The notes beneath the pieces are model-generated. The model ran no database searches and was not told the origin of the DNA. It was given only the letters and a program-made list of their open reading frames with translations. DNA of 64,000 bases, from NCBI GenBank assembly GCA_951406725.2, contig OX597822.1, positions 83,266,001 to 83,330,000 of the forward strand, in the 5' to 3' direction. The DNA is from Octopus vulgaris. Taxonomy: Eukaryota. Positions 1 through 13,914 of the stretch are shown one piece after another (within the stretch, counting starts at the first letter, position 1; every line of letters starts with the position of its first letter). The position numbers and the translations under genes were made by a program.

Positions 1-166
1 CGATTAGATCGACCCCAGTACGCAGTCCGTACTTAATTTATCGACCCCGAAAGGATAAAAGGCAAATTCGACCTCGGCGGAATTTGAACTCAGAACTTAA
101 AGACAAACAAAATAGCGCTAAACATTTCGCCCGGAGTGCTAACGTTTCTGCCAGCTCGCCGCCTTA
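1..166 (-). mobile_element. SINE family A (cut by the window edge)
   Basis: Reverse complement of the family A head and core. Confidence 0.85.
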
Positions 167-202
167 AAAATAATGAAATAATAACAATAGATAATAATAA
201 TA

Positions 203-295
<93 letters not shown>

Positions 296-296
296 T

Positions 297-522
297 ATGG
301 AGCATTGGGTATAAGTGCCTAGCTCACAAATGTTTAAGTACCAAGCTACAAAGGGGTACGTGTAAATTTAAAGCATCTACAGGAAACTGAGTTGCTTAGA
401 ACTGCACAATATTTCCACAGAGTTCTCGATGTCTAAATGAGGATTTTACCTTATTCCACTAGTTGTGGACAGCTAACGCCTTATTCTTCAGCAAAGGTGT
501 TGCGTTAAACAACAATAATAAT
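297..522 (+). mobile_element. Short R4/Dong-clade 3' end remnant
   Basis: GALG ... LQETELLRTAQYFHRVLDV*, lying between a long (AAT)n and a short (CAA)(TAA) run. Confidence 0.5.
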
Positions 523-1550
523 GTTGTTATTATAAACGATAATGATAAAAATTTAAATTGTGAAACTGATTTTTTTTTCTGAGACATTTGTGGACTAAAA
601 TTTTTTGAAGTCCCTCACATACACACACACGTGCGCCTACACACATTTGCATACTTGATGTCACGTGTCTATATCGTATTTCTTAGTAGCAAGCTAACAT
701 TTGCAAACTCCATTCAGCAACAGTTACACACACACACACACACACAAACACAGGGATACATATTACATACCCATACACACAAATTCACACGTATACACAA
801 ACACATGCACGCACACATACTTAAATATAATTTTGCTTCTAAAGAATTTTAAACATTGTTTAGATGTTTTTGACATTCCTTTTGTAAATAAATCTTCTCT
901 GCTGCGTTTTCTTTTGTTACTGAACAGTAAAAGTAAATTAAATTTCAAAATGGCGAATTTAATATTCATCTGCATATTTTTTTCTTTTAAAAGTAACCAA
1001 ATCATTTACATAACCTATAAACTTCGACATTTTTGTCTTTTAAATATATGAGCAAATTGTTTAGAACATATTTCCAAATATCTGTTGAGACTATTTATTT
1101 AAATCTATGACTTAGTATTGCATACTGCTTTTAATAAAGCCTCAGAATGCGACAGAAGCGGTTATTGTTGTCTGCTCCAATATACATGTAAAGTCCTGGC
1201 GATACGAATCTATCAAGAAATTTGTAATCGTCTGCACACCACTTATCGTACGGAGCTCCTGGAAATAGGTCTATTAAAAAATTTCTCAAATCTACTAGGA
1301 CAGAGGTTTCCAAATAATTTCCAACTAAAAATCTTATGTTCTACATACATCTAAGAAACTAATTATATTATTATTATTATTACTTTGCTTTTCATACATT
1401 CGGAGTCGATAAAAGAAGTACCAGTTGAACACTGGGGTCGATGTAATCGACTCATCCCCACCTCACTCAAGCTGCCCTTGTGACAAAAATTTGAAATAAT
1501 AATAATAATAATAATTATTATCATTATTATTAATATTATTATTTTTATTA

Positions 1551-1730
1551 AGGCGGCGAGCTGGCAGAATCGTTAGCACGCCGGGCGAAATGCGTAGCCG
1601 TATTTCGTCTGCCGTTACGTTCTGAGTTCAAATTCCGCCTGGGTCGACTTTGTTTTTCATCCTTTCGGGGTCGATTAAATACATACCAATTACGCAGTGG
1701 GGTCGATGAAATTGACTAGCCCCCTAACCC
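1551..1730 (+). mobile_element. tRNA-derived SINE family A (GGCGGCGAGCTGGCAGAA head)
   Basis: A-box-like TGGCAGAATCGTT, B-box-like GAGTTCAAATTCC, central GTCGACTTTG..TTTCATCCTTTCGGGGTCGAT block; at least ten related copies in the window. Confidence 0.85.
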
Positions 1731-2145
1731 ATTTCTTTATTACCCACAAGGGGCTAAACACAGAGGGAACAAACAAGGACAGACATAGGTATTAAGTCGA
1801 TTACATCGACCCAGTTCGTAACTGGTACTTAATTTATCGACCCCGAAAGGATGAAAGGCAAAGTCGACCTCGGCGGAATTTGAACTCACAACGTAACGCA
1901 GACGAAATACCTATTTCTTTATTACCCACAAGGGGCTAAACACAGAGGGGACAAACAAGGACAGACATAGGTATTAAGTCGATTACACCGACCCCAGTGC
2001 GTAACTGGTACTTAATTTATCGACCCCGAAAGGATGAAAGGCAAAGTCGACCTCGGCGGAATTTGAACTCACAACGTAACGCAGACGAAATACCGCTAAG
2101 CATTACGCCCGGCGTGCTAACGTTTCTGCCAGCTCGCCGCCTTAA
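1731..2145 (-). mobile_element. SINE family A copy with a tandem ~182-bp internal duplication
   Basis: Near-identical units starting at 1731 and 1913; head GGCGGCGAGCTGG ends at about 2143 on the minus strand. Confidence 0.85.
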
Positions 2146-3180
2146 CCTAGCCTCCTAACCGCTTACTAATTACCATAGTTGGATAAAACGTCATCGATAT
2201 TAGTGCACAATAATGAGAAATGAAATCAACGATCTAATCGAGGAAAACATAGATATTAACAAATCAAATTAATAAATTAAGCAATAAATAAAGTTGAAAC
2301 CAAAATTGAATTAAGACATTGTGTCTCTAACTTAAATTAATTAATAATTCCATAAGCTATTAATCATATATTCTCGAGGTACGTGCCTAAATTAATGTTT
2401 CTGTAAATTATATATGACATATATTACTGTTACCTGTACATAACACTTTATATTAATATTAACTATTTCATTTGTACTTTAATATTAGTGCGATATATTT
2501 TAAGAATTAATTAATCCTTTTAGTTACAGAAGTAATTATATTAATCATGAGATACCGCCTGATTCAAGTTTCAGTAACCTTATATTTGTACCTTAATTTA
2601 TTCTTTAAATTACATCAAATGTTAGTTTCTGAAAACATATTTACAGGCGTGAACACAAGAAGAACCACTTTCCCTCCTCGCACCAAGGAATGTAGCTCTT
2701 TTCGAGCAGATTCTCTCCCTTGACAAAATACCCAGTTCATGATATTCGGTCTGAAAATTTAAATTAACTGAATTTAATTTAATTTCTCAAATTGAATTAA
2801 TTGGGTATGGAAACAGCTGTAGGTGTAAAGAATTTGATGCCTATATATTAATGTCTCCATTTTCTTTTTCTCAAAAGAGAATGTATGTGTGTGTGTGTGT
2901 GTGTGTGTATGTGTGTGTGTATGCTTGTATTTCCTTTTCTCCGGCTATCTGCTCCTTCCTCCTCATAACTGGACTGTTTCCTCTTTTTGACGCGGAGACA
3001 TGTTCGAAACGTCATTTCTCCTCCTATTTTTCCATCTAAAACTTTCATTGTGCACCATTCAAATATATTCACTGTGTACATCTAATTGATTTTTCTTGTT
3101 ATTTCTTGCAATTTGCTTGTGATTTACCTCTCTCTCTCTCCCTCCCTCCCTCCCCCCTCTCTCTCTCTATATATATATAT

Positions 3181-3512
3181 GAGGGGAGACCCTCTTCGGT
3201 CAGGAATGACTACGGGATTGCACCTAGAAAGTTATCCTCCGAGGCACGAGTCCTGGCAAGGTTGTTTTTGGAAGGCCAGCAGTCACCCATGCATACAAGC
3301 CTCCCCTCTCAACGCCACTGATCTTATCCAAGGGAAAGGCAAAGTTTCGATACAACTTGGCATTAGTAATGTCGCAACTCATTTCTACAGTTGAGTTAAC
3401 TGGAGCAACGTGAAATAAAGTGTCTTGCTCAAGAACATAACACGCAGCCTGGTCCGCGATTCGAACTCACAACCTCAAGATCGTAAGCTCGACGCTCTAA
3501 CCACGGAGCCAT
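3181..3512 (-). mobile_element. tRNA-derived SINE family D
   Basis: GGCTCCGTGGTTAGAGCG..GAGTTCGAATC head and TTCTTGAGCAAGACACTTTATTTCACGTTGCTCCAG body, shared with copies near 5280-5550 and 62695-62945. Confidence 0.7.
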
Positions 3513-3513
3513 A

Positions 3514-3588
<75 letters not shown>

Positions 3589-4403
3589 AGTCAGCGTACA
3601 CTATGCACCTGCTTGCTAGAAAGAAGAGGTAAACTCTGGATAGCCACACATCTCTTACTATTTTAAACACGCTGGCCACTTTATCATTATGTTTTAAAGA
3701 TAATGATAACTTATTTCAATTTTGTATATATATATATTTCCTATTTAGTCATTCTCGAGGTTATAATGCTCTAACCTGGTGTTCCAGTGACTTTACATCA
3801 GAAGTCACGAGCATCCAAACAAGACTTTCTATTTGTTGGGAAAAAAAACTTTCTCCCAAATTTAGCTTCTTAAATTTAATTTCTCCTCCCCAATAAACTT
3901 CATGAATCTCGAAAGTGTAAAGAGGCTGTAAAGAATCTGCTGGTCTTCGTCTGGCCAACTGAAAAATCCCATGTGTAACAGCTGGCGGAAGAATTACATT
4001 TCATGGATATTTTGCGAATGAAAAATGGAAGTGCTAAAACAAGTGCAGGTGCAAGAAATGTAGGACATGTTTAGAAAGAAAAAGGCAAAAAAAAAAAACA
4101 TATAAGAAAAACACAAATCACACATTTGCATAAAGTAAGAAGAAAAACGAGGTGCTACAAGATCTATGTACACACATTCGCTTACATGCACATGTAGAGT
4201 TAGAAATTGGTAATGGAATATACATACATACACATGCACATAGGTGTGTATATGCATGTTTAAATGTAGGTTTGTACGTATGTATGTATGAATATATATG
4301 TATATATAAATATGTATATACACATATAAATATAAAATAACTTGAAAAGTAACTCGAGGACTGAGAATTCCGTTCGTTGGCAATTATCAAACTTATTTGT
4401 CTT

Positions 4404-4498
<95 letters not shown>

Positions 4499-5224
4499 GT
4501 CTATCTTTTCTCTCCTTTTACGATCCCTTTTGATCGACCCCCCCTTTTTATTTTATTTTATTTGTTATTTTATTATTTTTATTTATTTTAATTTTTTTTT
4601 TTATTTATTTATTTATTTTTTATTTTTTTTTATTTTATTTATTTATTTTTTTTTTTTTAAACCTTCAAAAGAAAAGCTCTACCTTGTAATTTGTTCTATC
4701 TGTGTGCAGCCCTGTGTGGCTAATAAAGAAACATATCTATCTATCTATCTGTCAGTCCGTCCCTCCGTCAATCTGTCTGTTTGTCTCTGCAAACATATAT
4801 TCATGCATACACTCATAGTTAAAAATATTCGAGTAAAAACTTTGCATTCTACCGGATGTCACCATACAATGGAAATGCTCTTGTTACTAGATGTGCGTCT
4901 GCAATTCCATAGTACCCATAAAGTTTATACAAATAGATAGGTAACAGAAAATAGATTGAACGACATTCTTTATATTCTCTGCAATTTTTTGAAAATAGCA
5001 ATTGCTTTGTGTATTCGTTCTGAAACTGAGAGAAATGGCGGTATGATCTAAAGAAGGACTTATTTAAAACAATCACCTGAAGAAGAGTATCTAACACATT
5101 TGATGCATAATAGATATGTTATTCATATAATTTCACCAATGTACTATGAGCGTATAAATGTGCCAAAACAATTGTAGTGATTTAAATAATGAATACCATT
5201 CGATCCATTTTCCCCTATTTATCT

Positions 5225-5278
<54 letters not shown>

Positions 5279-5556
5279 CACATGTCACATGATTGACCGG
5301 ATTATCGGAAGTTGTTATACTCCGCCTCACATCGCTTTCGTCTTCGAATGATACCACCGTGCTGGCTAAACATTTCCCCTGGTCAGAAGGCTATTCCGTC
5401 CTTGAGTGACCCCTTTACAGCTATGTGGACTGGAGCAAGGTGGAATGAAGTGTTTTGCTCGAGAACACGGCGCACCACTCGGTCCGGGAATCAAACTCGT
5501 GATCTAGCGATCGCGAGTGCAACGCCCTGGCCGCTAGGCCATGCGCCTTCACACCA

Positions 5557-5635
<79 letters not shown>

Positions 5636-6120
5636 CTTATTGATTATTGTTGTAAAATCCACTAAAACGTCCATAGACTAAATGACACAATATGATTACA
5701 GAATGAAAATATTATTTGTTATGGAGAAAGGTTTTTCACTAAAGTTATCGCCGATGCTGTAGCGTCAAAGCAGTGAATAATGTTTATTAAATTAATTCAT
5801 ACATATCAAATAGACTAATTAATCAATGTTACAAACTGTGATGTGAAAAATCAAAAGTTTGTTTAAATTAATTTAAAGTAGAATCAACCTAGAAATTTTA
5901 ATTAAGTTTATAGCGATGAGTATTGTCAATCGTTAAAAAATATTTCCTCCACAATGAGAGGTGGCAATGTGTACAGGTACATGTGCACTCATCATTATTT
6001 CTTTTATTCAAATTTTAGAAAAATTGAAGCATGTCTTTGACAATTCGGGAACCTATTGAAATTTGGCTGTGCATGGCTTTTGGCCCATCCTCTGTGTTAA
6101 TGTTCGTTTTGATGTCAAGG

Positions 6121-6184
<64 letters not shown>

Positions 6185-6701
6185 ATGTGTGTGTGTGTGT
6201 GTATATATATGTGTGTGTGTGTATATATATATGTGTGTGTATATATATGTGTATATATATATATATGTATATATATATGTGTATATATATACATATGTAT
6301 ATATATATGTATATATATATATGTGTATATATTATATATATGTATATATATATATGTATATATATTATATATATGTATGTATATATATATATATGTATGA
6401 ATATATATATATATGTATATATATTATATATATGTATATATATTATATATATGTATATATATTATATATGTATATATATTATATGTGTATATATATATTA
6501 TATATGTATATATATTATATATATGTATATATATATATATTATATATATGTATATATATATTATATATTATGTATATATATATATATTATATATTATGTA
6601 TATATATATATTATTTATATATGTATATGTATATATGTATATATATATATTATATATGTATATATATATATTATTTATATATGTATATATATGTGCATAA
6701 A

Positions 6702-6742
<41 letters not shown>
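6121..6742. repeat. ~620-bp compound (TA)n/(TG)n microsatellite
   Basis: Directly visible; source of the spurious Tyr/Ile ORFs. Confidence 0.97.
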
Positions 6743-6745
<3 letters not shown>

Positions 6746-7209
6746 ATTTTTTTATATTAAACTGAAGGACTACCCGATACATTTTAGTAGAATACATATG
6801 GAGAATTGTTTTTTCAAGAGCAGTGATGCCAGTGACTTTGAAGTGTTGGCCTACTACGCTTCATACATATATGTATAGTAATTTTTTAAGCATTGGGTGT
6901 GTACCTAGTAGTTAGCAAGTGAGCTGCGTTCACTGCCCATTGCTCTCTGACCTCATCCACGGTACTTATACAATGGTCGCTAGAACTTCCTTAGTCAGTA
7001 AATTAAGGCTGTTGGGCAGGAATGGAGAGAAAGACAGATTCCTTTGCATTGTTATAAATGGTTATCTACATGTATTTAATAGTAAGTCACAGGAAGTGAA
7101 TAAGTAAAACAATAAAAATAAAAAATAAAATAAAATTTACAATAAAGTTTAAAAAATTATATATCGTAAGTACAGATATAGATACTTCCGTACGCACGTT
7201 TGTGGTCTT

Positions 7210-7283
<74 letters not shown>

Positions 7284-7809
7284 CCTCTCTTTTTCGCTCT
7301 CTCTCTCTCTCGTACGCGCAGTTAAGTAGATGTCATTTGGCACAAAAGTGCAGCGAGTCTTGATAGTGGCAGAACAGTCTATACACCTCTGCTGCGGGAC
7401 CAGGCACAGTACGTTCCCCCTAACAGGGTCGATCCTCTTTGTTGTTCATATATCTTTTTATGGCTAATGTACACACACACACATACACACACGAACATGT
7501 TCATATATACGTGCGTGTGTGTATGTGAGTGTTTCCTACTGTGTACGTATGTGTGAGCAAAATATACAAACATGTATGTATATATATATATATATCATGT
7601 GTGTGTGGGAGTGATGGTGACACAAACTGTGAATAACCGCATTAAAAACAGTTCCGAGATAAAAGTCGGAGCCCATCACACCTATTTACTATTTTTCTTT
7701 TCTAAAATACTTTCTTGACAATATGGTGCCCTAGCACATCCGTAGGCTGAGGACCGAAACAAGTAAAAAGATAAAAAATATATATCAGGCAGAAGACGCC
7801 AGCTAACTT

Positions 7810-8260
7810 CCATATAAGCATTTCTAACAGAGGAGGTCACTTTGGCAACATCCGGTTCGCTGACGATATTTATCTAATAAGAGACAGAGAAGTGGAACCA
7901 CAGGCTCTCACGTCAAAACTGGTAATAGTGTCAAAAACGTTTGGAATGTAATCAGTATAGAAAAACAGATAAGATTTTGACCGATAAGAACATTAAAACA
8001 CGGCAACAATCATCAGTGATGAACCATGTGACACTGAAGAGAAGAAAGACTTTAAATAGACCAAATATGTTTTGAGTAAAACGGGTATCTCTGTAAATAG
8101 ATGACTTGGGTTTATGTACCATGAAGAGTATGGTACCTTTCATCTATTTAAAGGAGAAAGTTCGATACTTAGAGATGAAATGAAAGCAGTTGAGAAGAGG
8201 CGTTTGAGACGACAACTCTACATTCTGTATACAGAAGAAGGAGTAATACGTGTGAACATA
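7810..8260 (+). mobile_element. Degenerate RTE-type LINE reverse transcriptase fragment
   Basis: NIRFADDIYL catalytic motif near 7847-7876, and downstream EMKAVEKRRLRRQLYILYTE; contains stops and frameshifts. Confidence 0.7.
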
Positions 8261-8407
8261 TAATCCCTATATACGTGCGTGCGAGTACGTATATATACAA
8301 CATGAACAGAACATCAACTACAAAAATAATAAGACAACTACTGCTACTACAAGCACTACGAATGCCCTTGAAGCAGAATCGAGAGTAAATAAATCGGTTA
8401 CACTCAC

Positions 8408-8476
8408 CCTAACAACGACCGGGTAGACAGTGAGGGGTGCATCATGAAATATGCATCGTTTAAGGGTAGCTTGTAC
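8408..8476 (-). CDS. Candidate downstream exon of the receptor, possible helix 8 (VQATLKRCIFHDAPLTVYPVVVR)
   Basis: Acceptor catctgtttag, strong donor AGG|gtgagt, 69 nt, phase 0 to 0. Begins VQATLKR, the pattern expected after ...FLNSE. It lacks the usual helix-8 Trp and lies 38 kb from the TM7 exon. Confidence 0.3.
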
Positions 8477-8686
8477 CTAAACAGATGATTATTTTTTAAA
8501 GAGATGCATTAATACCCTTTTATTGTACACTGCATACTGACACGCATGCGTACAACATATATGCAGACACAGTCACATATAAAGATATTCATACGTGTTT
8601 AATCAAATAGACATTTTATACATATAAATACGCATTGGTATACATATACTGCATGCACCAACGCTCATATACATACACACACGTAG

Positions 8687-8720
<34 letters not shown>

Positions 8721-8774
8721 ATACATAAATGTACATATGAATATACAATATATATATATATATATACATAAACG

Positions 8775-8841
<67 letters not shown>

Positions 8842-8980
8842 CTGCGTGTGTGTGCGCGCGTATGGATGTATGGATGTATGTATACACGCATGTTGTAGGT
8901 ATGTACGTATGATAAATGAGCAAAGACAAGAAAACACAGGGACAAATTTTAACATATATATATATATATGTATATATATT

Positions 8981-9028
<48 letters not shown>

Positions 9029-10916
9029 CGTGTATGCATACGTGTTTCTACACACCCACAAACACACGCACACACACACACACATATGTATGCATATAGT
9101 GGATTCAGGCATATGCAAAATCATATATGCACACATACACGCATACAAACGTACACGCACATTTGTGTGTGTGTGTGTGTGCGTGTCTATGCGCCTGGAT
9201 TTACCTGGAATCAAAGACATAGAGAAAATATGCATAATTTCATAAGGTGATAATTTTGCGGGGCAAAAATGTCCGCAGTCATAATAACCAAGCGAAAATC
9301 ATTTTTCACTTAAAACAGTGGGTTTTGTAGATAACGGATGCAGGAACGGAACTGCCCTCTTTGAATGTCAAGGGCATTCTGCAAACATGCACACTTTGTT
9401 TCTGAACAACGATTACTTGAAATATTTGTTTGCCAAGCACCTTTTGTGGTCTGCATGATGGACCCAATTACCAGCTCATGCAATTATGATGTCACCCCTG
9501 CCTTCTATTTGTCGGGAAGGAGTTGCGTGTTCCTTCTTCCAGGCAGCTATGGCGAAAGGTCTTGTGTGATTGACGCGACTTCAAAGATGGACAAACATTT
9601 AACACTTTTCCTTTTTTTAGCTTTGTGCCAGCTTGAAAAAAACCCTATTGACTTATATCACTCTCAGAACAATCTTAGCAGCATCATAGTCCCAACTCAA
9701 ACCAATGTGTTTATAGTATATAGTTATTGTGTTTATAGTATTTATTTATTGACAGCTAACCACAACATAATTTGATTAGAATCGGGTGTACCCATGTAGC
9801 CATGCCTTAAAGCGGCGCTGCCCTCTCCGATTCAATTCTAAATTTGTCCAGAAGGTTGTCAAATCAAATATATACCAGTAATACATTTCGGCTTACTCTT
9901 CTGACTGAATCACCTGCGCCACTGAGCTAAAATTGACTTTGTAAGCACGAACAGTTTAAATTAATATATAAGGAAATACTGACATTCGTATAATACATCA
10001 AGCTAACCATATTCTTTTAACCCTGTCAAAAATGAGCAAATGTAACGACTAAGAAATTAGAAAAAAAAGAAAATATAAACAAAATCATGAAAAAAAACCC
10101 ACTTCTGAATATAAAAAAAAGACAAAACAAATATATCCTTCTCTATAATATGGCACCAGTGTATCGTAACCTCATTTTCCAAAGGTAATATTTTCTCGGC
10201 ACAAAAAGTGTATCGTGAGTTAATTTACACATCTTTGTGTCTCTAATGCCAAAGCACCAACATTTCATATTTTGTATTACTAATCAATACATATTTCTTA
10301 AGTTAATCTTTGTTGTAATTTAAAATATGTATTTAGTTGAAGAAGTAAAAACAACAAAAGGAGAAAAAGAAAAAGAAAAAAAAAACAGAAAATACACAAG
10401 CACATGATTATATCCGGATTTCAGATAGTTGTAATTAAGCACTTTATAAGTTTTTGTCTGCTGTATAATCTAAAGTTCTGTTAGGAGTTAATAAACAGAA
10501 AAGAATTCAAAATGTGTATGTATGTTAACAGGACACAACAACTCATGATTTGAAAGTAATTAAGACTAACAAAGAGCAAATGGTTTGGTAAACATAAAAT
10601 GAATATTTCTGTATAAGTTGTATTCGAGGTGGAATTTAAAAACGAAAATCAAAACAAGAAGGGAGGTCTAAGAGTTGAACATAACTTTGAAAGATTCTAT
10701 TTCTCATTACAGACGAAATAGTTTTTGTCGTCTAACTTAATTACTCCATGTAATTGCCAACAGGAATGATTCTTCTTGATTAGCTTTATAGCAACTTTTT
10801 GTCTAAGAGCTGAACATACATTTTCAAATATATACATATGTATATATACGTATGCACAAACACAAATTTACGCACTAACAAACACACACACACACACACG
10901 CGCATTAATACACATA

Positions 10917-10972
<56 letters not shown>

Positions 10973-10973
10973 A

Positions 10974-11027
<54 letters not shown>

Positions 11028-11311
11028 CTCTTCTTCTTCCTAGCTCTCCTGTGTGACCTCTCTGTCCGGCATTCGCCATGATAGATCGCTAGCCACTATG
11101 GGTCGCATAATTTTGAGATAATTTTCGGGCAATATTTCGATTCCCTTTGTTTTACTTTCGTCCCATGTTTCACGAATGCGTAGAATTCTACTCAGACAAA
11201 TATTTATGAAAATGTACACATAAATATTGTATTAAAATAAGCCACAATCAAAAAATTTCATTAAAAGACATCCATTTCTCTATGTTATGAGAACATGCAA
11301 TCACTCACTCA

Positions 11312-11345
<34 letters not shown>

Positions 11346-11395
11346 TACAAAAACGATGTATGCATATGTATTTATGTACGTGTATATGAAAGATG

Positions 11396-11444
<49 letters not shown>

Positions 11445-11742
11445 AGTGCAACTTATACATGCAAAAAATACATTCATGATAACACACACCTTTACTCACT
11501 CACTCACTCACTCACATTCTCTCTTACGCACACACACACACACGCGTACATTTCATATACACGTACATACATCATTCACTTTCTCCTCTCTTTCACTTTC
11601 TATTCTCACATCAAAGCAAATATCGCCTTTTCACTTTCTACTCTCTTTCAATTACTGCTCTCTTCAAAGCATAAAGAAATAAAAAGTGTTTTACGGAAAT
11701 TAACGAATAATAATATGATCCCATATGATCAACCATACACAC

Positions 11743-11808
<66 letters not shown>

Positions 11809-13914
11809 TAAAACTTCAGCACAAATTATGTTATTTCTTGCTGTGTACACGCGCAAAATTACATCTCAAATCCAATTGAAATAATCTTTTTCTATTCTGT
11901 AATTTATATTTGTGACGAGCGTATTTAAAAACCTGATCATCGTTAGAAACTTAAAAGGAAGTTTTCCCAGCAATCCTGACCTTTACCCGTTGTTTCTAGC
12001 ATGTTCAATGTGACATTTTCCCACCTGTCTTATTTTTTTCCTAAATTTCTTCCGATTCCTATGTTTTCGATGCAGGTGATTAGGATTTCCCCACAAAAAA
12101 CACGTTCTCAATATTTTAATTTTCTCCCTCCCCACCCCAGATTCTTCATTTTTAAAAACTTTTTTCCAAATTTTTTTCTTGGTAATCTACGGAGAAGAAA
12201 ACAGACAGTACAAATCTTTAAGAATTTTCTTCTTGCTTTTTTTTTTTTTACAAAAGAAACACTAAAATCTCCTTCCCAAACATACACCGATCACCTCATC
12301 ACTCTCAAAAAGCTACAAGCTACCAATGTTTCATTTTTAGCCTTTTGGAAAATGGGAAAGTTTCTTCAGAAATAATCTCGTTTACCTGCTGTTTCTAGCG
12401 TATCGGGTTTTCTGGTGGTGGTCTGGTAATTTTTACGTCTGCTATTTCCGTAAAATTTTACGCATGCGTGAAATATCAGACGAAAGTGAAACATTGGGAG
12501 GTTTTAGCATTTTGAAGGCGGCTAAGTGATGGATGGGCGAGGTGGGGAAAGAGGTATAGAGCATTTCTCAATAAAAAAGGAAAATTAAACTTAAAAGATG
12601 TATAATATATTTTCAAGATTCGTAATCTCTGTATTTTTCTACATGGAAAAAAGAAAAAAATTCGTAAAATGTTACAAATTAAGAATTTGCGGTGGTGACG
12701 GAGGGAAATAAAAATTTGAAAAAGTATGATTTCTGGGCAAAATGGTATTAATCCCTTTTTTATACGATGAAACAATACAAAGTTTCATTACACCTGTAAT
12801 CCAGTTCACTATAAACCAGCGGTACCGATTCTGCCCATAAGAAAGGAACGAATAATAGAATGTGGCTGTAGGTGATAACATCCGAGCAACGCGAGATGCA
12901 TTGCTAATGTGCGTGCGTGTGTGTGTGCGCGCGTATGTGCGTGTATATATATATATGTGTGTAAGATTCTATATGTATGTATGGTGTGTATAAAGTTAGG
13001 TCTGTCAGATAACGGAGCGCCTGGAGGTAAACGAAATCTGCAGCAAGCATATTATACTTCAAATATACAGTTTCTGACAGAAAAGCAATAACATACATTC
13101 GTACACACACGCAAAAGTTCCTTGCTTTAGTTAATCTATTAATATTAAAGAAAATCAGTTTAAAAGACCTGTCTCTCGAAAGCAGATTATAGAGCTTAAC
13201 AGAATGACATGAATATTTAATAATGAAGTCGGCGAAAAGTATCTCTGAACCATGCAAGTGGACAATATACTGTTGACAGCGACGGTGGCGGCTGGGTTTA
13301 TCTGCACTATGAGGTCAGCACATTTATCAACGTCTAGACAAATTGTACAAAATCTTCTATCTGGAGTCTAGATAGAAGATTCTAGACTAATGCCTTAGAG
13401 TAACTGATATAAAATTGGTAAGTGATATGGAAAGATTACATAGAAATAATATTAAACACATCACTGGAAATACTATACTAAGACATTATATGTAATTCTA
13501 TTAAATAATTGTCGAATTAAGGCAGCTATGTCCATTGACCAAATACTAAGCAATCAACGGTGGAATACAACTTGCTTTAACACGAACAAAGGTGAACTTC
13601 TCTACCTGCCCGAAATAGCGACCAAATTCCCCTCATTTTAAACTCTACCTTAATGTTTCACATTTAGGAACAAAGACGTCCATTTTGGGGAAAGAGTATT
13701 AGTCGATCACATCGAATCCAATGCTTGACTGGTACTTATTTTATCGATCCCAGAAGGATGAAGGGCATAGTCAACCCCGGTGGAAAATGAACTCAGCAGG
13801 TAAAGAGCCGGAACAAATGCTACTGAGCATTTTGTTCGACGCGGCAATAATTCTGCCGGCTCTCCGCTTCATACAATACTGTAATAACAAAGAAATTAAC
13901 ACCGCGGTCAATAT

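Noticed and set aside
6031-6878. Long ORFs of 244 and 271 aa, and similar ones at 8603-9250, 34455-35163 and 45266-45998
   Set aside because: These are translations of (TA)n/(TG)n microsatellites, which contain no stop codons; they have no protein-like content.
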